Below are positions 19,501-29,800 of a DNA stretch of 64,000 nucleotides, one piece after another. Origin of the DNA: a virus (taxonomy: Duplodnaviria; Caudoviricetes). Made by a program: the position numbers and the translations under genes. Each line of letters opens with the position of its first letter. The stretch's first letter is position 1. The stretch spans positions 1 to 64,000 of the IMG/VR virus record IMGVR_UViG_2600254917_000001. The stretch is one strand, 5' to 3'. The notes beneath the pieces were generated by a model. The model was not told the DNA's origin. It saw only the letters and a program-made list of their open reading frames with translations, and made no database searches.

Positions 19501-20295
19501 GCAAAAAATAAACAGGAAATTACTCCACCTAAAACTGCAGCGACGGCAGGAGCCAGCTCCCCCGAGGGTATCACTGCAGGTTCAGTAGCTGGCGCTGTAG
19601 GCGCTGGTGCAAAGGAGATCGGTGGCTATGCGCTGGCTAATGTGGAGGGACTTCGTCAGAAGGACGCCCCTCAAGAGGTTACGCACCAGTCAGCTGAGAT
19701 AAGCAAAGAGAAGCGCGAAGAAGACGCTCAGCGACGTATTAACGCCAGCATACAGAACGGCGAGCAGTACACAGCGGCCAAAATACCACTTACAGATACC
19801 CCGATAATTGGTGAAATAATTAAAAAATTTGGCGGTGATCACGTCGCCAATGCTGAAGGTCTGCGCCATCAAGCCGCACCAGGCTCCAACGCCATGGACC
19901 GCGCTATCGCGTCTCAAGCCGGTAAAGGCCAGCCAACCCCCGTAATCCCAGCCAGAACGAGCGCGGCCCCGCAAACAGTCACCGGCGTTGCCAGCTATTC
20001 GCATCCGAAAGAGCTGTATTCAGTGACCGATCTTCAAAGTGCTACGCCAGCCATGCCAACAGCTGTCGATAAGCCAGCAGATCGCAAAGCGGGCAGCAGC
20101 ACTGTCGACGTCGAAATGAAGATGTTAGCGGCACTCAACAAGATTGCCGGCCTGCTGGAAGACATCAAAAAAGACGGTAGTAGCAAAGACACTCCGCGCT
20201 TCACTTCTGTTAAAAATTCGCCGCAACCGGCCCCGCGCGCAACGATACCGCTCTCGGTTGCCGATCCAACTATGTCCAGTCTTGCGAGCAGATGA
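16588..20295 (+). CDS. sit: Tape measure / injection transglycosylase Sit-like
   Basis: Long Ala/Gly/Lys-rich protein with RSFRNNNFGNI...RFARWNTPEEGLR lysozyme-like domain; synteny. Confidence 0.85.
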   Translation: MTMAEDQNKTVADDKLSALKIISTIEKTSAKELDVLLSIDKKLDGRAPAGKAAPTSPKRDDSSQRPPSRGAQPEQESIPRKPRTRSHSSTTGLGEVHDDGLRITRRAPRRGRQSRDQEIIPHKRQQPSTATIPAQPTPEPKLETSSEPERKRDSSGRFTSSADKAREKREDVRHKELIDEEKKGQTLFQKLSGFMERRNSKEMEGTAIDAAGAAAGGSFWKAGKEAWELVSNTREMLIKGKDDDDDEKKGRSLFGKAKGLFRRKGSAPPAPGTATGDIPAPSLKRANSAPAILKAVPLTSTVRGFGMKGALQSRASAGSLDVANRNVQKAVVTKTEEQTQAIQEGDRQIVERLDELLEKNGSSNKGGGLLGKLLGGKIGKALAGIAGLWVAKYGKKLFSALIAAVTAAVGLGRGRGLGGRDASPDIDVDRNKKPGNKKNKKPSSKPKGKSWVKKLLTNPVTKTAAATVATGAAAGAAVKAIDAKPVSAADAAKESAQKAKATAPKTGDDVKVGRPVAAEERAAQKAEKSVATKATAEATEKGAIKAAAKGTAKMGMRAVPLLGSVIMAAVDAYDGYSDEEAQREAFGVEEGKEVTTGEKAAFSAANILDMGGLVSGASGLLASGARAIGMDGVADSLTFDTGDIAKGIHSAASGAKNAVTSLFSGPKEADSKTEAQTKHITDTLKEGTKDTIKTLEDTSKRLIDTITETNPLGDAEVIPLKGVGVGTNGPAVSTMQGPSETTMTPDLNVGGSKAKVRSFRNNNFGNITFAGQAGAVLEKKNSLGEQRFARWNTPEEGLRGTANQIMLYQTGKSRWGKLETLDEMFDRFAPPRENDTENYKQSLEKQLGISRHDKIDWSNPDKIRPLVRAIGTVEGGGAIQMSDADMAKAIGHYNYETNRWEGEFTDQSLEKINAQRAKTGEAPLKATDLFSIGNPLTGRGDIPKANGVNQSSPAEVSPITPAPEPEQHAQAAKNKQEITPPKTAATAGASSPEGITAGSVAGAVGAGAKEIGGYALANVEGLRQKDAPQEVTHQSAEISKEKREEDAQRRINASIQNGEQYTAAKIPLTDTPIIGEIIKKFGGDHVANAEGLRHQAAPGSNAMDRAIASQAGKGQPTPVIPARTSAAPQTVTGVASYSHPKELYSVTDLQSATPAMPTAVDKPADRKAGSSTVDVEMKMLAALNKIAGLLEDIKKDGSSKDTPRFTSVKNSPQPAPRATIPLSVADPTMSSLASR

Positions 20296-20306
20296 GGCCA
20301 GTTTGA

Positions 20307-20660
20307 ATGATGAATGAAATTGACGCCCTGCTCGAAATTGGTCCGAACGGGGTAATAGTGCATGACGGTGACGAAGCCGCCTTGGTTGAACGCCTGGATG
20401 AGTGGTTATGTACGCCCCGCGGGACGATCTACGGATACCCCGACTGGGGCAACAGGCTGTCACGATTCAAACACGAACCGCCCGACACACCGACAGCAGT
20501 GCAGATCGAGAACGATATTATCAACAGCCTGCGCGTTGATATCCCGGCCCTGACAATCAACAAAATCGTCTGTTCACCAGTCGCATCAGCTTCCGACCGC
20601 TATGACATTGCGGTCGTGCTGGGAAGCGGTGCCGTGATCACGCGAGAGATCACTTTATGA
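20307..20660 (+). CDS. pmgA: Baseplate wedge / sheath initiator (gp25-like) PmgA
   Basis: RLDEWL.TP.G.IYG.P.WGN. Confidence 0.75.
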   Translation: MMNEIDALLEIGPNGVIVHDGDEAALVERLDEWLCTPRGTIYGYPDWGNRLSRFKHEPPDTPTAVQIENDIINSLRVDIPALTINKIVCSPVASASDRYDIAVVLGSGAVITREITL

Positions 20661-22078
20661 ACCAGAAAGACATTAACGATCAGTTTAACGCTCTGCTGAA
20701 AAAAGACAGCTGGTGGTCAAAGTATGCGGATTCGCAGTTTGTCGCCATGATTGCGCTTTTTGTGGGCCAGATGGTTTATCGCTGCTGGCAGTACGCTACG
20801 CGCGCCCTCCAGGAGGGCTTTATCAGTACGGCCCTGAAGCGTTCCTCCATTTTGGCTGCAGCTGAGGACAGGGGATATGTCGGGCGCCGTATCGCGCCGT
20901 CTACCGGCATGGTATCGATAACGAACCTGACGGCGGAGCGCCTGCAGTTACCGATTTACTCTACATTCGAGAGCGAGGACCTGGTTCCCGTCCTGCTGAC
21001 CGACGCGGTTGACCTGGCGGCAGGGGAAACTAAGAGCGTTTCAGCGAGCCAGTTGGAGGTGTACTCCGTTGAAAAAACAGTAGACGCAGCTGAACCGTTC
21101 TTCACCGTTATGCTGTCAAAAGAGATGACGGCCATGTGCCATAGCATTGACGTTTACGTCACCGAGCCGGACGGAACGAGCGTTCAATGGGCAAAATCAT
21201 TCATGTTCCGCAACGCGAACAACACCAGCAACGTCTACACAGAATTTTATAAGCCCACTGAGCAGATCGGGATTCGCTTCGGTGACGGTTCAACGGGACG
21301 CATTCCGCCAACCAGCAGCGTCATCAGTCTCGATGTCTGGTGTACCCAAGGCCAGATAACGGTTGTGGAAGGGCAGAAGCTTATTCCGGTGGATGAACTG
21401 GCGGACTACGAGCAGTCAATAAGCGTTGTGACGGCATCCCGTATATCCGGCGGCACCCCAGCTGAAAGCACCGAAGAAACCCGTGCCCGGGCGCAATACT
21501 TCGTTTCATACGATGAGCAAATCGTCTGGGGCGACGATTACGTGTTCTACCTGAAAAATACGATCGGGGGGATGTCCTGGCTACGCTGCTGGGGTGAAGA
21601 GGAGCAAGAGTCTTACACCGGGTACGACATACGAAACATTAACCGGATTTTCCTCTGTGGCCATAAACCCGGGATCGGGCAGGAGCAGCTTCACCTGCTG
21701 TTCATTGAGCGCCTGGCAGCCATCCCGGACAAGATGAATAAGCGATTCTCGCTGGTGCCAGTGAAATATTCACCTATCTCGATTCGTTTCATCGGCAAAG
21801 TGCCATCTACATCCGTGCCTAACGAGGTTGAGCTGACGCTGAAGAATGATCTCGATGTTCAGTTCGGTCGAGACTCATTCAAATTTGACACCGGCAGCGG
21901 CTATGAACCAATTACGAAAGACAAGCTTTGGGCCTTCATTGAATCGCTCGGGATCTTTACCGAATATGAGCTTGAGGTAGAAGGTTCGCTCGTGGCCGCG
22001 AATCTTGAAGATTTTATCTATCTGGACACTTCTACCTCGACGTTCGACATCGCTTTCAAGAAGAACGGGAGCCAGTGA
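20657..22078 (+). CDS. bplA: Baseplate wedge protein BplA
   Basis: FISTALKRSSILAAAEDRGY, IRFGDGSTGRIPP. Confidence 0.85.
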   Translation: MNQKDINDQFNALLKKDSWWSKYADSQFVAMIALFVGQMVYRCWQYATRALQEGFISTALKRSSILAAAEDRGYVGRRIAPSTGMVSITNLTAERLQLPIYSTFESEDLVPVLLTDAVDLAAGETKSVSASQLEVYSVEKTVDAAEPFFTVMLSKEMTAMCHSIDVYVTEPDGTSVQWAKSFMFRNANNTSNVYTEFYKPTEQIGIRFGDGSTGRIPPTSSVISLDVWCTQGQITVVEGQKLIPVDELADYEQSISVVTASRISGGTPAESTEETRARAQYFVSYDEQIVWGDDYVFYLKNTIGGMSWLRCWGEEEQESYTGYDIRNINRIFLCGHKPGIGQEQLHLLFIERLAAIPDKMNKRFSLVPVKYSPISIRFIGKVPSTSVPNEVELTLKNDLDVQFGRDSFKFDTGSGYEPITKDKLWAFIESLGIFTEYELEVEGSLVAANLEDFIYLDTSTSTFDIAFKKNGSQ

Positions 22079-22079
22079 T

Positions 22080-23189
22080 ATGGAGCAAGGATGGTTCCGC
22101 CGTAGATTGACGCCAGAAAAGCAAAAATCGCCGATGTGGGTAGGGCTTGCAGATGCGATCGAAACGTTGGTTGTGAACGTCGTTGAAACGCTCCTGCAGC
22201 GCAACGATAACCGTAAATCGTTCTATACGATGGCAGATGAAGATCTTGACCTTCGCATTAGCGAGCTGGGGCAGTTTTTCAATATTCGAACGAGCACGCA
22301 ATCGAGTAAGCCGCTGCTGCTGGCGCAGCGCCTGGACGAGATCCACCTTAAGAATACCGACCAGCCTATTATCAACACGTTCTGGCGTGAATTTGAGAAT
22401 ATGACTGTCCAATGGATGGCTATCTGGGCGCCCGTTGACCAAGAGATATACCCCTACGGCTCGCTTTTTCTCACGCAAGACTCTGTAGATCTCAGCTGCG
22501 ACCCACCAGTTGATCCGATATATGGAGAATTGTTCCTGACATCACGCGGCACGATATCGGTGCCGCTGGATGAGATATATCGGGCATATTGCGACGAGGA
22601 TGGCGTCGACCTTTCGATGGCGGTTGCCGAATTACTCAAAGATTTTGAGCTCTACATACATCCCTTGATACCTCAGCACATCGTATTTGACGGTGTGGCG
22701 ATAACGCTCAACATTACGCTGGTGGAAGACGCGGAAGCTATCTGGCTGAATTACATTGAAAGCGACCTGTGCGACCCAGTCACCCTTCGCGAGAGGGAAG
22801 AATACCTCTCGCTCAGTACCACGACCGAAATTGGCGATATTCCTGTTTCACCCTGTGATCGTACTCATGTAGACACAGCTATACGATTCGACGATATACC
22901 AGCCGACGACTGGATTACAGATATCTGGCGTGCGCCCGACTTCTTTGCTGGTGGCGTTTACTTCATGGCTGAACCAGGTGCGGTGCACTTTGAATACACT
23001 CCCGAGAATAATGGTCAGGAACATCAATACGCGGTAGCGGAAACTCTTGAGGAATCACTTAAGGCCGAAAGTCACATTGAGCATTACTTCGATGTGAACG
23101 GCACGAGTGACATCGATTCTAGCGACTTTTCCCCTCGCCTTGATACGTTCCCGGCTGATGAAATCCTTACAGATATCGGGAGTGAATAA
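22080..23189 (+). CDS. Baseplate protein gp16-like
   Basis: WF..RLTPEKQKSPMW; synteny bplA-16-R-S. Confidence 0.75.
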   Translation: MEQGWFRRRLTPEKQKSPMWVGLADAIETLVVNVVETLLQRNDNRKSFYTMADEDLDLRISELGQFFNIRTSTQSSKPLLLAQRLDEIHLKNTDQPIINTFWREFENMTVQWMAIWAPVDQEIYPYGSLFLTQDSVDLSCDPPVDPIYGELFLTSRGTISVPLDEIYRAYCDEDGVDLSMAVAELLKDFELYIHPLIPQHIVFDGVAITLNITLVEDAEAIWLNYIESDLCDPVTLREREEYLSLSTTTEIGDIPVSPCDRTHVDTAIRFDDIPADDWITDIWRAPDFFAGGVYFMAEPGAVHFEYTPENNGQEHQYAVAETLEESLKAESHIEHYFDVNGTSDIDSSDFSPRLDTFPADEILTDIGSE

Positions 23190-23665
23190 TGCCTCAATTA
23201 AACGTTGCTGTAGGGGCTGGTAGTGGCGATGTCAGTGATGACGGCGTGCTGTATAAAGCCAGCTTACTCGACTATTACTATGAACGGCGGGCAACAAGCT
23301 CTATTGGTATCGGCGAGCGGTTTGTCATGACAAAAGCCTGGTTTGGCACGAGCGATCTCGTCTCTGCAAATCCTGATGGCGCAGGCTGGCTTATCGGCGA
23401 CATTCCAGCCGACTTCTCCAATGCAGAGTTTAAAAATAAGTTTGCCGAGAGCGATCTTATCTGCAACTACGCTGATGGCCGCATCACGTTGCGCGCAGAG
23501 CTGCAGGATAAGAACCTGCCAGAAAACACACCATATGACTTCAATACGCTTGTCATCGTGGATGCCGAAGACAACGTCTGTATAACGCTATGTATTCAAC
23601 AAGACACGCTCTATCGTGGTAAGAAATTCATCGCGGTCCTGACCATTGAAACAAGGATTGCGTGA
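23189..23665 (+). CDS. Tail fibre attachment protein gpR-like
   Basis: [17 protein letters not shown]; synteny. Confidence 0.7.
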   Translation: MPQLNVAVGAGSGDVSDDGVLYKASLLDYYYERRATSSIGIGERFVMTKAWFGTSDLVSANPDGAGWLIGDIPADFSNAEFKNKFAESDLICNYADGRITLRAELQDKNLPENTPYDFNTLVIVDAEDNVCITLCIQQDTLYRGKKFIAVLTIETRIA

Positions 23666-24927
23666 TGCCAGACGTTCAACCCATCCATGCTAACAGCCTG
23701 GCGACAGTCCCTGATATATCGGGGTTTCCGCTCGTTGCGGACGTTCAGTACCGTGAACCCTATGTTTCCAGTTCATTGAACCGTAAGTTTCGTGGGATCG
23801 TCTCTCCAGGATTTTATAACGGCTTCCTGCCCGTTCCCGGGACGGGCCTTAGCATTGACATTAAACCGGCAGAAGATGGTTACGGTACGGCTTCAAACAC
23901 GTTCGGTGAGTATCAAATCACAGTTCAGCAGCGAAGCACAGTTAATGTCCCGCTCGTGGCAGGCACAACGCATATTATTGTTCTTCAGACCTCATATGCG
24001 CTGGGACAAGAAACTAACCAGGTTAATACGAAGTCAGCAGTGAAAGCGGCTGAAATTAAAGCTGTCAGCGCGCTGGGTATTAACCAGCTTGAAATTTGTC
24101 GCGTCACTATCCCCGCGGGTGCCGCAGCGATAACTACAAGCATGATAGATACGTCGTATCGACTCAATGTTGTGTTGGGTGTAACGCTAAGCTCAGCTAT
24201 CGATAGTCCGCGAGAGGATATTGCTGCCAATAGTCACGCAGTGAAAATAGTTGCAGACCATCTGAATGATCTTCAAATAAAAGTCACAGAAGTTGAGAGT
24301 GGTAGTTATCTCGTAGGCTCTCCAATTCCCTGGCCCAGCGACATTATTCCGGCCGGACACGCTGCAATGGTCGGTCAATCCTTTAATAAAACGGCTTATC
24401 CGAAGCTGGCTATTGCGTATCCCAGTGGGATTATTCCAGATATGCGTGCATTTACTGTTAAAGGAAAACCAAACAGCGGTCGCGCAGTGCTTTCAACTGA
24501 GATGGATGGGAACAAGTCACATAACCACAGCACTTCAGTTAGCAGCACAAATTTAGGAACCATAGTTTCTACAGGCACCGATCTGGGAACAAAAACCATA
24601 TCAACATTCAACTATGGAACAAAAACAACAACCGGTGGAGGCGCTCATAGTCATACAGTCCCGATCTCCCGCGGTGGCGACGGCGGAAATGGCAAGGATA
24701 GCGGCGCGTTATACGCCTCTATGATGGGTAGTACAGCAACAACCCAAAGCGGCGCTCATTCTCACTCAGTCGCTATTGGCTCACACAATCACACAGTCGT
24801 AATGGGGTCACATAGCCATTCCGTCTCGATTGGTTCCCATAGCCATTCCGTAACTGTAAACGCAGCAGGGAACACGGAAACCACGGTAAAAAACCGTGCC
24901 TTTAATTACATTGTGAGACTCGCATGA
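23662..24927 (+). CDS. Tail fibre protein (P1 S-like N-terminus, tail collar, HxH repeats)
   Basis: [27 protein letters not shown] collar, HSHSV repeats, [12 protein letters not shown] end. Confidence 0.9.
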   Translation: MMPDVQPIHANSLATVPDISGFPLVADVQYREPYVSSSLNRKFRGIVSPGFYNGFLPVPGTGLSIDIKPAEDGYGTASNTFGEYQITVQQRSTVNVPLVAGTTHIIVLQTSYALGQETNQVNTKSAVKAAEIKAVSALGINQLEICRVTIPAGAAAITTSMIDTSYRLNVVLGVTLSSAIDSPREDIAANSHAVKIVADHLNDLQIKVTEVESGSYLVGSPIPWPSDIIPAGHAAMVGQSFNKTAYPKLAIAYPSGIIPDMRAFTVKGKPNSGRAVLSTEMDGNKSHNHSTSVSSTNLGTIVSTGTDLGTKTISTFNYGTKTTTGGGAHSHTVPISRGGDGGNGKDSGALYASMMGSTATTQSGAHSHSVAIGSHNHTVVMGSHSHSVSIGSHSHSVTVNAAGNTETTVKNRAFNYIVRLA

Positions 24928-25630
24928 ACACCTTTGAATACTCTGACGAACCACGCCATTTTCGTATTTTCAATTTCACAGCAGATACACAAGAATATTT
25001 AGGAGAAAGCGATGCCCTGGTCGAACCTCACACAGGCTTACCATCCTATTGCACCCTTATTCAGCCCCCAGATTGTCCTGAGGGATACGCACTGGTCTTC
25101 AGAGATGATAGCTGGCATACGATTGAAGACCACAGGGGAAAAATTGTAGCTGATACGACCACCGGTTTAGAGATTGCCATCACCGATCTCGGTCCTCTTC
25201 CCGAAAACATCACAACCGTTCTTCGTGACAATATTTTCTCAAGTTGGGATGGTAAGAAGTGGATACCAGATATAGAAGTGCTAAACAATATCAAATCGCC
25301 AATATTAAAGCTCGTCGCGACAGTCTTAGCTCTGAATATATCAACATTGACGGTTACCATTTTCATAGCGATACCAACAGCCGTATCCAGCAAATTACCC
25401 TTACAAAAATGGGTAAAGCTGGCCTTATCCCTCCAGGGCTAATGTGGCAAACCAAAAATTCCGGTTTGATTGAGCTGACAAATGAAATCGCTGCACAATT
25501 TGAAGACGTAACAATTGCTCATGATATGCGCCTGTTCGCAAATGCGCTTCAGCATATCGCTTCGGTCAATAGCCTGGAAAACATTAATGATATTCTGGCT
25601 TATGATTACTCTGAAGGCTGGCAACCATGA
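24924..25630 (+). pseudogene. Tail fibre assembly chaperone (Tfa + DUF4376-like) split by a 1-nt frameshift near 25275
   Basis: Tfa motifs to WDGKKWIPDIE continue in another frame as SAKQYQIANIKARRD...YDYSEGW. Confidence 0.7.
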
Positions 25631-26085
25631 TGGTATACCTAGCATTTTATAAAGGAACGACAGAGCATAAAGGCATTGCACGCCTGAGTGACTGGCTAAC
25701 ACGTCTTATCACCCGGGGGCCATATTCACATTGTGAGCTCGCCGTAACTTTGCCTTCTGGGGAATATACCTGCTATTCATCCTCGGTCCGTGATGACGGC
25801 GTCCGCTGCAAGGTCATGCCACTACCTAGAGATACATGGGATCTGGTGCCGCTATCGATTGAGCCTGCATTAATCGAAGAGTACTTTCAGCAACGCAAGG
25901 GGACACCTTATGACTGGTTCGGCGCGATTGGTTTTGTGACGCTTAGCCACGGTCGGGAAGGAAAATATTTCTGCAGTGAGTTCTGTGCTGAATGTCTTGG
26001 CCTGCTGGATGCTTGGCGCTACTCCCCCAACATGCTATATGCGATCGCCACCAGCTCCAACACTCATAATGCTGTCTCAGCATAA
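25627..26085 (+). CDS. Permuted papain-like (NlpC/P60) phage protein
   Basis: GPYSHCEL, YDWFG, YFCSEFCA. Confidence 0.75.
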   Translation: MMVYLAFYKGTTEHKGIARLSDWLTRLITRGPYSHCELAVTLPSGEYTCYSSSVRDDGVRCKVMPLPRDTWDLVPLSIEPALIEEYFQQRKGTPYDWFGAIGFVTLSHGREGKYFCSEFCAECLGLLDAWRYSPNMLYAIATSSNTHNAVSA

Positions 26086-26087
26086 GA

Positions 26088-26116
26088 CGAAGCCCTCAAT
26101 CGAGGGCTTTATTTTT
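26088..26116. terminator. Intrinsic terminator between convergent operons
   Basis: AAGCCCTC-aatc-GAGGGCTT-T-rich. Confidence 0.7.
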
Positions 26117-26195
26117 AATGCATACGAGATACATCATCAATGAACATCAAATGCATATGACGCATGCTTCTGGTATGTATCTATAGGTGTTTAGC
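26115..26195. repeat. 11-bp-phased ATGCAT-like box array
   Basis: ATGCAT 26118, ATACAT 26129, ATGAAC 26140, ATGCAT 26151; ATGCTT 26164, ATGTAT 26175. Confidence 0.6.
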
Positions 26196-26441
26196 TTTTT
26201 CCGCTATAAAATCCTGCCACTCCGAAAGCGTGATAGCGCGAACCTTATCGACAATCCGGCCGTCTTGCATCTCTCTCAGCCAGATATCGTCGCCGATTTG
26301 CTCACCGTTAGCATCGACTTTAAAAAGGGTAAAGAGCCCCTTATAAGCCCCAGAATAACGAATGCCGCACCCATACTGTGCGGCAATTTCCTGTAGATGG
26401 CGCATCGTCGCGAAACGAGCTCGCGGGTCTACATTAAGCAT
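26181..26441 (-). CDS. lxc: C1 co-repressor Lxc-like
   Basis: TMRHLQEIA..., VR....EW aligns with P1 Lxc; order darB-ulx-lxc. Confidence 0.7.
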   Translation of the reverse strand: MLNVDPRARFATMRHLQEIAAQYGCGIRYSGAYKGLFTLFKVDANGEQIGDDIWLREMQDGRIVDKVRAITLSEWQDFIAEKAKHL

Positions 26442-26865
26442 TGGTCGCCCTTAATTCGATCTCCATATCGTCACTGTAATAGGGATAGACCTCTTCATCA
26501 ACTTCAGGCTTGGTTGGCAGCAAATGCTCGGCGTTGTAGTAGTTACCGGATTCAAGACGCTCGTTGGAGTAGAGCGTCGCGGCAATGAGTGTTAGCGCTT
26601 CTTCCTCGTAGCAGTAGAGAGATGCAACCGGACCATCATTCTCGCGACCAGCAACCGTGTAACCACGCGCCAGCATCATTGACTTGATAGCGGGCCAGAA
26701 TGGCCCGTATGAGCGGTAACAGCGCAAATCCTTGCCGAGCCGGGTGTTGAGCACGGCCATATACTCATCTACGTACTGTTCCTCACTACGTCCTTCCAGT
26801 GCTTCATCCATGAAGCCGGAGAGGTACTCCTCTTCCGGCATGATCGTGTCGCGTAATGTTGTCAT
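26434..26865 (-). CDS. ulx: Ulx-like Dar system protein
   Basis: YRSYGPFWP.IK, ALTLIAATLYSNER. Confidence 0.85.
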   Translation of the reverse strand: MTTLRDTIMPEEEYLSGFMDEALEGRSEEQYVDEYMAVLNTRLGKDLRCYRSYGPFWPAIKSMMLARGYTVAGRENDGPVASLYCYEEEALTLIAATLYSNERLESGNYYNAEHLLPTKPEVDEEVYPYYSDDMEIELRATNA

Positions 26866-26874
26866 TTCAAATCC

Positions 26875-29800
26875 TTAAGCTCTGTGAATCACTGAGAGAA
26901 CATTGTTGAGATCGTGCTTGGTAGAGATAAGCCACCATGAGCCTTCGAACTCTTCGCCCGCATTTTCGCCATTATAGTATTTCGCGTCGAAACGCTGCTT
27001 TAAATCATTTTTAGCTTTGAAGAGGGCGCCTTTTTTACCAAATGGATCATGCAGACCATAGCACTCACCAGCCTCGAATTTATACATTACGCGGCCACGC
27101 CAGCGGCTCAGCACGGCAGTGGAGTTCGTTTTGATCTGAATACCAGATTCGTCAATCGCTGACTCTTTCGTAATGGCCTCAGTTTCCAGCTCAACCTTTT
27201 TGGCACTTACCTCAGCCATGTCTTCGGCCGTTGTTTTGCCCGCTCTTTCCCGCGCATGCTGAATAAGCTCCGGCGACTTCTCTTGCGTGACCTGATCCTT
27301 AATGTGATCGTAGGTAGCATAGGCAAAGTCGCGCTGAGCGATATAGTCAGCAAGGAGATCGACGGTAACTTCACGTTCTTCAATGACGCCCATGTTTACC
27401 GCATCGGCCAGGAACACGTAATACGAAATGCCCGAGCCAGCGTATGTACTATAGAGTGAATGAAGTGGGGGAGTGGTCGTTACCAGCTTTTGAATGCGGC
27501 CCAGGACATAGTCACCGATGCCTTTCACTTCCGCTTCAAAGAGACCGTGCCGGGTCATTGCCATATCGCGAGCTGCGATCTTGCAGTTCTCCGTCGCCGT
27601 CATCTGCAGCTTATCCGCTGCGCGAGTAATAACCGCTACAAAGTCATCCCTGTTTGTGTATTCCCCAGGGATAGATTCACGCGCCAGGCGCTTGAAACCA
27701 TCAGTATTTACGGTCGGCAGTTCGCCGGTATCGAGGAAAGTTTGTACCTGCGAGCGGCGATCCCCAGACATATATTTATCGCTGCTGGTATCGTACGCGG
27801 AGATAAAGTCAGCCATCCAGGTTTCGATCACTGTCGTATCGGCAGTTTCGCCGTAGTCATTGATGCGGGATTTGTAATCCTCCCCAAACAAGGCCTTAGC
27901 AAACGCAGGCAGATCCTGTAGCGCGCCAGACTCACTACGGAACCACGCAGCAACACGTGTCTTCAATACATTGTCCGAGCCATCTGGATAGATAACATCG
28001 TTTGCCAGACGCTTAAGTGCGGTACCTTCAAGCACTGGAGAGCGACCGTAAATCGAATGGCTTTTCCCTAAAATTTTGAAGCCCTCAGCAGCAAAATAGG
28101 GTACACCGCCATCGCTGAATGTCAGTAAACCGTCCTGAATGTACTTGTGGAATTCCTGCTTTGTGATGCGGTCAGCAACGTCCGCCATCGACACGCCCCC
28201 GATCAACCATTGGCGGAGGGACACCTCGTCTTCCGTTACTGAAACTGGGTCGGGAAGCTTATCTACCTCGATAACGCGTGTTGCACCGATAACAGATCGG
28301 TTAGTCGTTTTGGCATAAATCATCTCCATTTTTGCCGTACGCGCATCGAAATCGAAGCTTTGGATGCGTGACAGGCAATTTGGATCTTCAGTTGCAGAGC
28401 TGTAACCAATATGGAAGGTTTGGCCAACACGGAAAGTCTTGCCTGTAATAGACGAGACCATATATTTGTCGCCGCGGTCGAGCATGTCACGATCCACATC
28501 AATCAATCCCTTCGCGATAGCGGTCTCAATGGCGGGGCGGAGACGTTTCGCTTCACCCTCAGCATTCTTCAGGCGCTTAACCTTACGCTCCTGCTTATTG
28601 AAGCTGCTTTTAGCTTTAGTGAAACCGGCTTTAGCATCTTCAAGATAGTCGCGGGCATTCCTGAGATCTCGTTCGGCCCCCATCACAACCCACCGTTCCT
28701 CACTATTCTCACTCACCTGCTTCAGTTTCGTCTGAGCATTAACAAATCGCTCCTGGCAGCTCTGAAGCCGATCATTGGCATCCGACATCGCGCGTTGAAG
28801 CTGCTGAAGCAGTTCATTCTCTTTCGTCACATCACAATTAATCGCGTGCTGGGCCTTCAGGAAGTTGCTCAGGTCGATATCCGCACGCTTTTTCGCGGCA
28901 GCGCGAGCTTTCTCCTGGGCCATTTCCACCAGCTGAGCATTGCGTCGGGCGCGCTCTTCAGGGTCACGAGCCAGCATCAGCTTCATTTCAACGGCATCAT
29001 TGGCATCGGCGTTAGCCATGCGTGATTCGCTGCTGGACATCAGATTGCCGATCCAGTCTTTTTTGCTCTGAAGCGCGGACAGGCGGAAGTCATCGAATGA
29101 ATCTTTGCCGCAGTAATAGTGCGCACGCACGCGATCGTTGGTCGACCCTACGCGCGCGCCACGCCCGTTTCGCTGTTTGATACTGCCTGGCGTCCACGGC
29201 AGAGTGAGGTGGTGAATATCGGCCGTTCCGAGGTGCAGGTTAATCCCGACTTCGGCCTTTTTGTTGCATATGACAATACGCGTGCGGCCTTCATTATAGT
29301 CAGCCGCGATGGACTCGAGGCCGCTAAGGCTTACCTCATTCTGCGCGGCGATATAGGCATCATAGAGCGCCTTCTGCTGATAGTACTTATCCAGCTGTTC
29401 TGGTGAAGCATCTTCTTTCGGCTCAGGCGGCGATTTGACGCGCTTCGGCTTACGCCCTTTCTTGCCAGCATCGGCGACCGTCGTGGCGTTAAGAATGCCA
29501 ATTTCGGACTCGTCGATACCCAGGCCCGTAGCAATAATCCGGCGTAACTTACCGTGCTGGCTTTTCTCATCAGAGAAGATGATTTGCTTCCCATCGTTAA
29601 GGCCTGCTTTGAGGTTCTCAATGAGGGCTGAGTATTTTGGCGGTACCGGGTGTGACAGGTCAGAACGGGATATGCCGAACTTCTCAAGCCGTGAAAGCAC
29701 CTCGTTTTCGTACGACTCGGGTACAACCAGCTGCGCGACCTTGCCTTTTACCGTTACGGTTGCATCGACCGGCACCGCCATTTCATCCTCTTCGCCGTCC

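Noticed and set aside
23662-26085. Invertible tail-fibre segment or DGR
   Set aside because: No invertase, cix-like inverted repeats, reverse transcriptase or template/variable repeat pair.
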